From contig NW_003314264.1 in NCBI RefSeq assembly GCF_000143415.4, positions 414,774 to 478,773 on the forward strand: 64,000 nucleotides of DNA. Reading direction: 5' to 3'. Under the pieces are notes generated by a model. The model was not told the origin of the DNA and searched no databases. It worked only from the letters and a program-made list of their open reading frames with translations. The DNA comes from Selaginella moellendorffii (Eukaryota; Plantae; Lycopodiophyta). Below are positions 28,350 to 40,530 of the stretch, piece after piece. The position numbers were made by a program, and so were the translations under genes. Each line of letters starts with the position of its first letter. The first letter of the stretch is position 1.

Positions 28350-30895
28350 TCAGGTAAGTTTCTTCCCAAGTTCTTCTAAGACAACTCTTGCAGCGTTGCG
28401 ACCAGCCGCGGCCATGACACCTCCACCAGGATGGGCACCAGAGCCGCAAAGATAAAGACCGTCGAGAGGAGTTTTGTATCCAGACCTGTGATGAGTTAAA
28501 AGTAAGCTGTGGTTTCCTCAAAGCATATAACTTACCAGCCTTTAACAGGTCGTAGAAGAAAGAGCGAGTCCAAGCTCATGGCACCGTGAAAGACGTTCCC
28601 TCCCGTCAATCCAAAAATGCGTTCCAAGTCGGGTGGAGCCAGCATCTCAAAGTCAATGACAGAGGATTTAAATCCAGGTGCGTACTCCTCAACCAGATCG
28701 AAGCATCGGTTTGCAAAGCTTTCCTGTTTCATACAAAACTTAGCAGATATGAGACTTCCAAGAGTTTGTCACGTACTCTGGTTTTGGGGTCTTCCCAGCC
28801 TCCGTCCTTGAGATGATAAGGCGTGTATTGCACGAACATGTTGATGACATGCTTTCCTGTGGCAAAAAAGTATAGCCAGTGAAGAGTTTTATTTGATGGG
28901 TACCAGGTGGGGATATGGTTCCATCCAACGCAGACGGTATGGTCATCTCAATTACTGGTCTGGTTGATGAGTAACCATTACAGGCGTCCTTATGTGCTGT
29001 TAGAAGGTCCTGCATGCTACAGAACAGGCAACTTCGAGAATTTCTAGAGGCAAAGTTCTTACTTGTCTGCTCCAAGATGTATCGTTCCACGGTGTTCCGG
29101 CCCAGGGTCTTCTTGGCCTTTGCCGCTGCATGCTCGAAAGCGTGGTAACTCACTCACAGCCAGATTCAGCTTCGTTGTTCCCTGGATTTTCTACGTTTGA
29201 CAAGCAACGCAGGAATAAGTTGTTAAGACTTACCGATTGGTAGTCAATCTTACTGATCTCGTTGAGGAAGTCCTCACGAAGTACACCACTCGGAACCATT
29301 TTCTGTACCAAAAAAAAAAAAAAAAAACGCGTTTGGTTTCATTTCAACCATCATCGGGTCGACATACCAAGAACGTTGTCGCCGCTGTTGCATTTGAGAG
29401 AACTCGTTTGGCTTCGATGTGTGTGCCATCTTCCAGAGTCACCTGGCAAAGCAAAGCTCTTGAAGTTGGAGCTTGAAATAAAATAGAGAGTTCTTACTCC
29501 TGTCACAGATGCGCTATCACCGCTGCTTGCCTCCACAATAAACTTGTCAACCTTAACGTTTCCATCCCTGCCTGAGTGAGAAAGGATCACCCTACAAAAC
29601 AAGTAGAAAAAGAAAGCAAACGAACAAACCTTGGCATTGGTCACCAGAGTTGCTCCTGCTTCTTTTGCTGCCGCTGCTATGGCCATCGAGATAGATCCCA
29701 TCCCACCTTGAACATATCTAGAGTTTTTCTCCAGGAACTCTAGGATTAGACTCCAAAGACAAGGATGAATTCGACAACTTACGACCAGATTCCACGAGCT
29801 CCCTCGGTTTCTCCCATTACGTGGTGAAGAAGAACGTAGCCGCTTCCAGGGGTGTCAACACTTCCCTGTGGCATCAAAGAGTATGGAAATGATCCAACTT
29901 CTAGAGGTAAGTTTCATCTCACCATGGTACCAATGATGGCATCTGTAGCAAGCGTTACTTTGAGCAGATCTGACTGAAAGAAAGAAAACATGAAATCACT
30001 TCAAATCATTGTGATTTTACCTCGAACCAGTTGTCGAGGACTCTAGAGGCTGGAGCGAGCAGGAGTTCCATGAAAGCACTGTCAGGAAAGAACAGACAAC
30101 TCTGAACATAAACCCGCATGAAAACCTTACACCATGTCTGCTTGGCTCATTCCAAAGCTCCGGTTGACCATGCCAGCAAGAACTTTAAGCCGAGAGACAT
30201 GGCTTGTCAAGGATGCTTTGCTCGACACCTCGGGTGGAACCGTATCCACGAGAGGCGCAATGAAGGAACTGAACTTCTCGAGCCGTTGCTCATACCTGCG
30301 AGCTTTCATGGAAACGATGTTAGCTATCACGACAGTTTCTATACCACCTTGGATATGCATCAGCGTCCTTCTTTGAAAACTTAGAGATCTCGCTGTGATT
30401 CAAACCAGCATCCGGTCCCATGAGCAGATAACTCCCATCCAAACTGGGTGTAAACGACGAAGGGTTCCTTGGCAGAAGCTTCATGCCATGCTTGTGAAGC
30501 TCCAGCTCCCTGGGAAAAGAAAGATATAAAAACTAACTCTAGAGAATCGAGAAAAGCGAGAGAGAAAGAACCAACTTGATCACAGATGGACGAAGCAAGC
30601 TTTGGAGGTAGCTACAGCGAGAAAACTTAAATCCGGGAACAATCTCCTCAGTGACAGCAGCGCCGCCAAGGACATGCCTCCGCTCCAGCACCGCCACCGC
30701 CAGTCCCGCTCTCGCGAGATAGGCCGCCGCCGTGAGCCCGTTGTGACCACCTCCCACGACCAATGCATCCCATTTCCTAGATCATGTCGTGGATTCTTAG
30801 GCAAGAAACACGAAAAAAACGCGCTACCTCTGCGCAATCCAGCCGCTGCCCTTCTCCGCGGCGTCGCTCACGAGATTGGTGGAGAAATTCCTCAT
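28350..30895 (-). CDS. PYROXD2-like FAD-dependent oxidoreductase (phytoene dehydrogenase superfamily), multi-exon
   Basis: [62 protein letters not shown]. Confidence 0.9.
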
Positions 30896-31041
30896 CTGAG
30901 ACGAAGAAGAAAACTCTGAGAAAAGCGAGATCGAAGAGAACTCCGCGACTGACATCTTTTTATTTTATCTCCTTTTTAAACTCTATCAAACAAATGGTAA
31001 GGAGTGCTTAGAACTAGCAGTAGCAAGAGCAGCTCTTGAAC

Positions 31042-32350
31042 TTAGAGATTGGCCAGGGTCCGGACGTTCATCGGGAACGCGTATCTTAAGTCTCCCTGCC
31101 AGAACCTCTGAGCGGCGATGCGGTTGAAGGCATCGGTCGGGTGAGCCGTGTCCCAGAACAAGTATCCCGACGGCTGCTGGCAGAACGTATCGGACGAGTA
31201 GCACCAGCGGTTCTGGGGTCGGCTGAAGTTCGGACAGCACGGGTGTGTGACATTGCGCATTCCTGGAAAAACCAAGTAAGTTTCTCAGCTCTTCGTCCAC
31301 AAAGATCGATAGAACCACGACTTTCTTACCGTAGAAAAGTGGCTGCTGGTGGACGTCCATCATGACTTGGAAGGCGTTGGCGTAGACAATGACGAGGCCT
31401 CTGAGCGTGCGCTGGAGAGTCTGGAGGAGATCAAACAGGCCCTGGTTGTAGTACCTGGCGGCGTTCAGGCCGACCGGGTTGCACCTCCCGTAAATCTGGT
31501 ACATTGGCGCGCAGCCGAGAGCGTAGTTCGACGTGACGATCATCTTGCGAGCCCCGGCTCGGTAGAGTTGCTGAAAAGGAATAGTCAGAAGTTGGAAGCA
31601 GTCTTATTTGAATCAACGACAAACCTGGATCTTGGTTTGCATTTGGTACAGGAGGCTGGCACGAAAGCCGAAGGGAAGCGCTGTGGCATTGTGATCCAAA
31701 AGGTAGTCATTCACGTCGTTGTTGCCGATGTTTATGTAGAAGATGGATCTGGACACCAAGTACTCGGACAGCGTTCTTCCGAGCATCTGGTTCAGGTTCG
31801 TAACGTACATGTCGAAGCCGTTTACTTGGTCCGTGAACGTTAGAACTTCCCCTCCCTGTTCAAAGCGATCATGTAAGTAAGCTCCATTAAATTTTTTTCC
31901 AGTGAACTTACGATATGGGTAATGTTGAGGATTCCAGAGCCAGCCGAGCCGAAGTTTGCACCTCGAGTGATGTTGACGGAGTCCAAAAAACACGGAGGAT
32001 ACGACAGGCCGATGTAATCCGCTGCCACGAGAAGACGGGATAAGATTTCCATCCATCTCCTTGTCTACTTTGCAATAAGAAGAAAACTTACCCAGGTAGT
32101 CCGTTACAATCCTTCCATCGGACCATCTTCCGGTGGCACGCCTCTCCTCAAAGTTTATGCCGTAAGGCTGATGGTTTGCTCGAGCAGTTGTGTTGAGATG
32201 GTTGTTGTTTCCGGAGTCCACAAACGAGTCGCCAAACACGAACATCATCGGCACGTTGAAAGCGGAAGCGCATGTCATGAACTCGCCAATGCCGATGACG
32301 AGCAGCAGGAAAGCAGAAACAAGCGTCGAGAAATTCTGCGAGCGCCTCAT
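31042..32350 (-). CDS. GDSL esterase/lipase, secreted, multi-exon
   Basis: Signal peptide, FVFGDSFVDSGNN, GRWSDGR, GANFGSAGSG, IGNND, FWDTAHPT. Confidence 0.93.
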
Positions 32351-33504
32351 TTTTTCTGCTGGCGGATCTGCACAGCACGAGAGAACAGCGGCAGCGTAAG
32401 ATCCTGCCTCGAAAAACAATAACGATAAAAGGGAACACGTACCGAGTCTATGGCAGAAAATCCTGTTTCCTCTGTAGAGCGGTCTTCTTCCCTTCTTTAA
32501 AGACAAAGGGAGCATGGTTGGTTGCCTGGGACCGCCACCACCATCGCACCACCACCTTCTTGGCATGCAAACGGAACGAAAGCATCCGCTCCATTTTTTT
32601 AACTTACATATTCCAGGCATGACCTGACCCGATCTCTCCACGCCGGTCAGGAAAGTTGGCAAAGCTCCGGACAGGGAACACGGATTTCTTACGGCTGTCG
32701 TACTGTATAAATTCAATCTTCCTCCTCACCTTCGCAGCAGTCAGCCAGCCAGCCAGCCAGCCAGCACAAAGAAGTTCCTTGTCGGAAAGCACTTGAAATC
32801 TGTTTTGCGAATTCATTTCTCGTTGCTGCCTTTGTTTGTTCCAGCCTTTGTTCGTTCCAGCGTTCGTTTCTCGGACGGTTTGCCATGTTGCGCGAGACAG
32901 CTGCTGCAAGCTTGCTCGTCTTCTTTAAGAACGGGGAAGAAGCAGCGAAGCATGTATCTTGTGCTGAGCTGCCCATGAGGAGAGGAACTCCAACGGAACA
33001 TCGCTATCCGAGCTTCGCAAATCGACAAGTATCGGCCACCAGCAGAGGAAAATGGTTGTTGGCTCCAAGATAATCCAAACTTTCCTTCTTTTCCTTTTCT
33101 CCATGCTTTCTTTCTTTATCTTTTCTCCAGGACTGGTTGGTGCATCGCGGATGTGTATTCGTGCGCAACTCGCGGAAGCATTCCTCCCGTAAACAGTGGT
33201 TTCTGATTTGAGCCTGCCGAGTACCGACTTAAGTTACCTTGGAGCTCAAGTATATCTCGTGTCTTCTCTCTTTCGTTGTTGTTGTTGTTGTGATGAGTGC
33301 GAGGGGAAATTTCTGGCGATGTTTGGTGGCAAGGTTTGTTGAGGCAGGCCATGAAGTGTGTAGAAAACCGGGGCCTCAGCACTGCGAAAACCATCACACT
33401 TTCTGCGGCAGCGGTATGTATCTCCCCCGTAGTAGAATAGAGAACGTTTAGAGCTTCGGCGTAGAGGAATCCGTCCATGGGTTGAGCTGAATTCCGAAGA
33501 AGCA

Positions 33505-35266
33505 ATGCTTCAAAGTACCAGTAAACGGCAGCAGGATCGAGCTCTAGACAATGGCCGAGTGCCGTTTGCTCCTTCGCTCGAGGAGAACACCGGTTCAACG
33601 CAGCTCCGAAGGTCTCGAGTTCGGGAAGTTGCTTCCAGGTACAAACTTGCTCCTAGGAAAACTTCCTTGTCACCGGTTGGAACTTCATCGATTGATCTCG
33701 GCAGCCTGTCTTCTCCATCGTCATCTTCAAGCCAGCGAAGAGCTTCCTCTCGGCCGGACGGTCTGTGGCCTTCGCTCAACAAAGAAGAGAGCAGCAAGGT
33801 CGACGAGAAAGCTGTGCGAAGTAGCAGGAAAAATCTGGAGCAAGCCGAGAATGAGAAGCCTCGGGATAACCTCTTCGAGCAATCCACGACGTCAACGAAA
33901 GCGGTATTTGCTTGTAACAAGCCGGGGGCAATACCGATCTGCAAGAGCGTCAACTTATCTTCGACCAAAACTAAAACTTCTTCCCGAAAGTCGCCCGCAC
34001 CATCTTCTTCTCGAACTCATGCGCCAGCAGCAACCAAAGCATACTCCAATCCCAAATGCATGTCCCTGTCCGTCAATGGAAGCCTTGGATCACCTCAATA
34101 TGTGGTACAGAGATGGTCGGAGTCAGGAGGGAACTTCACGACGAAGAAGAAACCTTCACACAGGAAACTCCTGAGCTCCACCATCACTGGAAACGAAGTC
34201 GACGAAAATCTACACCACCACGAACCAGCTGCTTCTGATTCTACGCCGCTGACAAAAACAACACCGAGCTGTGAAGAGTTCCCTGTTCGTCCACGATCTC
34301 CATTTCGAACTCCATCTCCAGGGAAGTTTCCATCTCCATCAAGAACACTGCCAAGCCCACCAAGCTCGAGACCATCTTCCTCTCACGGAAGCCCCGTAAA
34401 ACGAGCAGCCGCAGAGCAAGACGAGGCTCAACTTCTCAAAGTTCTTCACAACCGCCACCTTCAGTGGCGATTTGTTAATGCTCGCGCTCACGCTGCTCTC
34501 AGCTCCCAGGAAGCAGCCGCTAAGGTACGACCTCTGCGTTCGACTTGTGCTAAATCCTTTATAGTACAGAGATTGCTGTTCAATGCCTGGGCTCGTATCT
34601 GTGACCTTCGTACCGTCGTTGCGATGGATCAGATAAAGTTGGACAAAGCCACAGAGAGCCTTAAGCTTGCGTCAGTCCTTGAATCCCATGTAAGCAGCGG
34701 AGTTTGCCTTGGTCCTTAGTCGTCAGTAAACTTGCAGGAGAAAGGCCTTGAAGAATGGTCCCGGCTGGAAGACAAGCTCTCGACTACACTGGATGAAATG
34801 GTTGGAGCGTTAAATGCCGATGTGCTGCGAGTTCCTCTGTGTCGGGGTGCAAAGGTACGCAGCAAAGTAAATCTTATCAGACGAACTCGTGAATGTTGTC
34901 TTTGCAGGGTGATGCTCTAATAATTTACGGAGCACTTCAGCACGCAAGCCTTATCTTGGAATCCGTCGAAGCATCCACTTATCACTTGCTTCCAAAGGTT
35001 TGTCGTTGCTCCCAAAGTTGCGAAGAATTGTGCGTTGGCCTCTCTTCCGCAGGCTCAAGAGCAAAGCCTTTTAGCACAGGACCTCGCACAGACCGTAGAA
35101 CTCGAGAAAGCATCTGTCCGGGAGTGTAAGCAACTTCTTGAGAGAATCGCGTCTTTGGAGGTGTGCTGCTTTTACTTGATAGCTTCTTGTTGGTCATCCT
35201 CGTTTATAGATCGAGGAGCGAAGTTTGCGAGCGCACGGGATCCAGCTTCAGCAGCGAAGTCCGTAG
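33505..35266 (+). CDS. QWRF-motif protein (AUG8/EDE1/SCO3 family, microtubule-associated), multi-exon
   Basis: REVASRY, Ser/Pro-rich middle, LHNRHLQWRFVNARA, terminal EERSLRAH. An upstream in-frame exon near 33294-33413 may extend the N-terminus. Confidence 0.85.
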
Positions 35267-35352
35267 CTCCGACTGTTTGACAACTCTTTTTGTCACAGCC
35301 ATACACCTGATACTGTACAGCCTATATAGAAATTCATTTCTACCTGGAGGCT

Positions 35353-36394
35353 ATGGCGGTGATGAGCAAGAAGGTAGCTACCACAGCTCCGCTCGTCATC
35401 CTTGGCTTGTGGACAGCAAAGTTGATCTTTGAGCAAGCAGAAGTCTCCATGTCTTCCATAGCTGCTGGCTGCCCGGATTCGGTGACGTACCCTTTCAGGT
35501 CAGTGGATGTCATGTTCTTGGCTACTCACTATTTTCTTTGTCGACAGGTTTGGCAACCACGCCATCGACAGATTTATCTGTGTTCTGGTATTTTTCTTCA
35601 AGACCGCTCTGGACAGTAGCCTCGGACTCTGGATCTCTGGCTACTTGCTTTCCGTCGCCATATCCACCTTTGCTTTCATAGCTGTAGAAGCTTCACGATA
35701 TGGACACGCCTGGCTCCTCAGCCTCACACCAATCTACGCCTTTCTCTTCCAAGTTGGTGGCATTTCTGTTGTCGTTCCGGCCCTCTGGCTCCCCATCTAT
35801 ATCCTTTCGAACGCAGCTGAGAGATCTCCTCGACATGCTTGTGATAAAACAATATCTTCTCACCGTGCAGTACTTATCCAGTTTGCTCTCCTATTCTTTG
35901 AGATTATTTCCGTAGCCATGGTGCTGCCTCTGAAAAATGTGAACAAAGACCTCGCCATCTTCCTCTTTCAATTCGCACCCATAGTTTGTCCAATATTCTG
36001 GCTCCCCATCACCACCACCAAAGACTCCGATCCAGCCAGTGGACACAAGGCCGTGGTCCATCTTCACTTCATGCAAGCTGGTAAAGCAGCCGTCTGGCAC
36101 ATTGTTGCGATCCTGCTCGTGCTGGACGATCCAGAAATTCCGTCCAAAACACTTCAACTCTTGTGGCACCACCCAGGAGACCTTTGGTGCAGCTTCTTCC
36201 TTTTGATAGACTGCCTCGTCCTTTTTGCTGCGATGGTGTACTTGACGGCTGTAGAGGACGGAACTACGGCTGCTCTTTGTATACTGCTTGGAGTGCCTAT
36301 ACTCGGACCAGGAGCCAGTCTGTCGATGTACTTCGCTTACAGGGAGGACAAGTTCCTGGAGACGACCATAAAAACGAAGAATAAGCACCAGTAG
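35353..36394 (+). CDS. Uncharacterised multi-pass membrane protein (~330 aa), motifs reminiscent of fungal CtvD/AurD-type proteins
   Basis: Two exons joined in frame across GT-AG intron 35499-35547; about 8 hydrophobic helices. The CDS is solid, but the family call is from recalled motif patterns only. Confidence 0.75.
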
Positions 36395-36516
36395 TCGGAG
36401 ATAGAACCGCACCCGTTCAAGCGAACCAGACTTGGAGTGAGTCAAGTCGATGTAGTAACCACGTAATAACAGTGTAGCTTATTGTTTGTCCTGCAGACAC
36501 TGACCCGTAATTTTTC

Positions 36517-38789
36517 TTAGTCGACCTCCTCCATTTTGTGGCTGCTGCTTCCACTAGGAGCATGCTCGGCACGCTTCTCAGGAACTGTCGTCGCATCGTG
36601 AAGGTTGAGTCCCAGCTTTAGCATGCGACTGATTCTGGCTCCAAATGCACTTGGATCTTCAAGGCTGAATCCAGATGTCAAGAGCGCCGTCTCAAAAAGC
36701 AGTAGCACCACGTCCCTCACTGCAGTATCCTTCTCGTTTCTGTCTGCTCTGATCCTCAGCGCGTTCATGATCGAGTTGTCGGTATTGATTTCCAGCGTCT
36801 TCTTGCTGGTCATGTAGTTGGACATGCTCGCATCTCGCAAGGCTTGCGCCTTCATGATACGTTCCATGTTTGCTGTCCACCCGTACTCGCCCGTCACAAG
36901 GCAACATGGAGAGCTCACGATGCGGTCGGAGACGACTACTTTCTCCACCTCGTCTCCAAGTATGTTCTTCATAACTTTGCATAGGCGCTCGTACTGTGCT
37001 TTCTTTTGCTCCTTGGCTTTCTTGTCCTCCTCAGTCTCTTCCATTGTGAGGCCCTCCTTGGTGATAGAGACCAGCCTTTTGCCGTCGTATTCCTTAAGTT
37101 GCTTAACGGCGTACTCGTCTATAGCATCAACCATGAAGATGATCTCGTGTCCCTTCTTCTTCAGCTTCTCCAGGAACGGAGAGTTTTGCACGGCGGTCTT
37201 GCTCTCTCCCGTGATGTAATATATCTCCTTCTGCCCGGGCCTCATTCGAGTCATGTAGTCTCTCAAGCTGGTCAACTCGTCCCCGCTCTTGGTCGAGTAA
37301 TATCGCAGGAGCTCGGCCAGCTTCGCTCGGTTCTGAAAGTCTTCGTGGATAGCAAGCTTGATATGTTTGGAGTAGACGTCGTAGAACTTGCGGTACTGCT
37401 CCTTGTTCTCGGCAAGATCTGCAAAGAGCTCCAAGCACTTCCTTGTCAGGTTCTTCTTGACCACTTTAAGAATCTTGTTCTGCTGTAGCATTTCCCGGGA
37501 GATGTTCAGTGGCAAGTCCTCCGAATCGACAATGCCTCGGACAAATCCAAGGTACTCTGGGATCAGCTCCTCGCAATCGTCCATAATGAACACTCTTCGA
37601 ACGTAAAGCTTGATATTGTTCAGTCTCTTCTTCGGATTGAAAACGTCGAAAGGTGCTCGCTTCGGAATGTAGAGCACTGCCTTGAACTGTAGCTGCCCCT
37701 CCACTGAGAAGTGTTTGACAGCCAAGTGATCCTCCCAGTCGTTTGTGAGGATCTTGTAGAAGCTAGCGTACTCCTGTTGAGTGATCTCCGCGGGGTTTCT
37801 CATCCAAATCGGCCTCTGATTATTCACGATCTTCCACTCGTGAGTGTCCTCCTTCCCCTTCCCTTTCTGGGCACCTGAAGTTCCAGAGGCCTTCGAAGTC
37901 CATAGAGAAATTGGATAGTTGATGAATTCTGAGTGTTTCTTGATAAGATCACTCAGCCTCCTCTCTTCGAGATATTCCAGCTGAACCATAGCGAGCCACT
38001 TGTATGAAACAAAAGAACCATCACCACCACCACCATCGCAGTTTCTACCTGGTCGTCTTTGAGATGCAAAATAACTTTGGTGCCACGGCTAAGTTTCTCC
38101 TTCGAAGTGTCCTTTGACACGGTAAAAGAACCTCCCGCTTCGGATTGCCAGACATACTGCTGGTCGTCAGTGTGCTTGCTTACCACAGTGACGCTGTTGG
38201 CAACCAGGAAAGCCGAGTAAAATCCAACACCAAACTGTCCGATGAGCGATATGTCCGCTGCTCCGGCAGCCAAAGCAGCAGCAAAGTCTCTTGTCCCCGA
38301 TTTCGCAATCGTTCCCAGATTGTGGACAAGCTCTGGACATCGAAAGAATCAAATCAGTTCCACATTTTTTTCTACCAAGGAAAAAAGGCGAACTCTCGAG
38401 ACTTGAAATGATCATCAACATGAAATCCAAAAGAAAACGCTCACCACAGCACACAACCGTACCGTATTTTGTCAATCCAATCCCACTGTCGATGATCGAC
38501 AGGGTTTTGTTTGCCTTGTCCGGAACAATGTGAATGAAAAGCTCCGGCTCGTCCTTGAGCTTGTTCTTATCGGTGAGCGATTGGTAGCGAATCTTATCCA
38601 GCGCCTGACGGCAGAGGGCATGAATCCATCAATGAATCTGGCAAAAAAGAAAACGAGAAACAAACGTACGTCCGAGGCATTGCTGATCACCTCCCGCAAG
38701 AAAATCTCCTTGTTGCTGTAGAATGTGTTGACGATGAGGCTGAGCAGCTGATTGATCTCTGCCTGGAACGCGAATTTCTCTGACTCCAT
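36517..38789 (-). CDS. HSP90: Cytosolic heat shock protein 90, divergent (~669 aa, 4 exons)
   Basis: [41 protein letters not shown]-terminal MEEVD. Exons 38789-38670, 38604-38463, 38332-38049, 37980-36517. Confidence 0.96.
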
Positions 38790-39269
38790 TGCCGCGTCGC
38801 GCCGCTGCAAAATCCCGCAAGAACCCTAGAAATATTTGAGACGCCACGCTAAACGTCGCGTGACGTGTCAAGTAAATAAAGGTAACTTTTCTTACCCTTG
38901 TTTAAAAGTGTCTAATGGCAGTTTTAATTTATTAACATTTAATTTTTTGCACAATTATGAGTATTTAAAGCTGAAATTAAATTAATAGAATTATCGCAAG
39001 ATAAAAAATATTTCAAAGGAAAATTTTCAGACAAAAAGCAACAATCTTTTGTAAGAGTTTAACGGCATCCCTTGTCAATCGAGTTTCCTTTTGTAGCTTT
39101 GAAAGGACACCCGCCGCATTTCCTGCAATGACTTTGTTGCTTATGTACGTCCAACCCAGCTGCATATCAAACCTTTAGAGTTTAAGATGTCCCGGAGAAT
39201 TTGTGCTTTCCACAAGGTCTTATTTTTTATTAATTCATATTTTGGTAGATAAGATTCACTACCATTCAC

Positions 39270-39945
39270 ATGGCAAACAGGAAACGCTTCAGGGCTTTTC
39301 GGACCAGGATCTCGCCAAGCCCCACGAGCTGACGCCAAATCCCACGAACATCTTCTACTGCAGGCACGTTATGTTCTCCCGATGTTTCATCATTCATGGA
39401 GGACATGATGGTTTCCAAAACCCAGTGCGATCCCACCGCAGACGAATCGAGTGATCCAAACGAGAAATCTCACAAAGTTGATCACAGGAGAGGAACTCTT
39501 TTCTGGTCTCCACGCCCTACCTCCAGTCAACCCTTCTCCACGTACGTTTCCCTAGCCGCCTACCTCTGGAAGGCAATCGGGGCCCAGTCCAAGAATATGG
39601 TCCTGTGCCCGGTCAACGGCCGCCGTGGACTCAAACTCCCGGCTCGCTTCTTCGGCAATGCAGAGTTTAGAGCACGGTCTGACTTGGCTTCGACAATTGA
39701 CAGGGGCTTGTTGCTTCCAGGAGGATTATTTGCAACCAGTTATGGATTTCTTTGAACTGAAGTAATAGCACGAGTACCAATAACATAATTCTCCCCAGAT
39801 GACAGAAGAGGTTCACAGGCGCTTGCTCTCGATCCAAACTTGGTCATCACTAGCTGGGCTCGACTGCCCTGCTATGAGCTCGGCTTTGGATTCAACCGTC
39901 CAGTTCTTGCCACGCCCACCAAGGGGGGTTGCGAAGGTTAGTGGT
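39270..39945 (+). pseudogene. Degenerate BAHD acyltransferase copy
   Basis: Collinear near-identical patches to 40531-41910 (QETLQGFSDQDLAK, QPFSTYVSL, LCPVNGRRGL, DPNLVITSWARLP) separated by large deletions, frameshifts and stops. Confidence 0.9.
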
Positions 39946-40530
39946 AGTGCTTACTTTAAGAAACTCTCATATTGTCTACTCGGGGTTTTATTATCAACTC
40001 GCTATCCTTTAGCCATTGCGGTGCCGTAGCCAAACGTTAAAAGAGCAAGTCTCTTGGAGTGTAGGATGATTTTTACACAGAGTTTTGAACTTACATTCTT
40101 CCGTTGCCATGAACTTTTGCAAGTATAATATTCAGCGGGATGGTTTATTTGCTCAACATTATTAATCAAAAGCCTTGGTATGTCTGCTCGAGCTGCTGAT
40201 GATTCTTGTGGAAGTAAAATTGATGCTCTGCTATAGCAACATTCTCATGGACAAAGGAAGGTGATTACTTACGCTACTTCTCCAATCAAATTGTTAAAAG
40301 CATGGGGATTCTGTCCCCGTGATAAACTTGCTCAGACCGAAATCGAAGCAGGAAGCTATGCATGTTTAAGGTTCTGCTCTTGTTTGTGGTTTGGCTAAAC
40401 CTCAACGTAAAAAATTTAGCGGCAGACAAAGCACCACAAAGACTCCAGTGACCACGTGGCAGATTTGGGATATTCGACAGATATGCGCGTTAATAATCTT
40501 AGTGTTTGACCTGACACAGCTATGTATAGG

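Noticed and set aside
32400-33450. Short ORFs between GDSL and QWRF
   Set aside because: No recognisable domain. Consistent with divergent promoters, UTR exons and an AGCC repeat.
39299-39310. TCGGACCAGG matching the miR166 5' half
   Set aside because: It is BAHD-derived coding sequence, the 3' half does not match, and there is no hairpin.
40180-40370. Stop-interrupted frame DDSCGSKIDALL*QHSHGQRKVITYATS faintly like a Ty3/gypsy RNase H motif
   Set aside because: The match is short, similarity does not continue, and no LTRs or other pol motifs are present.
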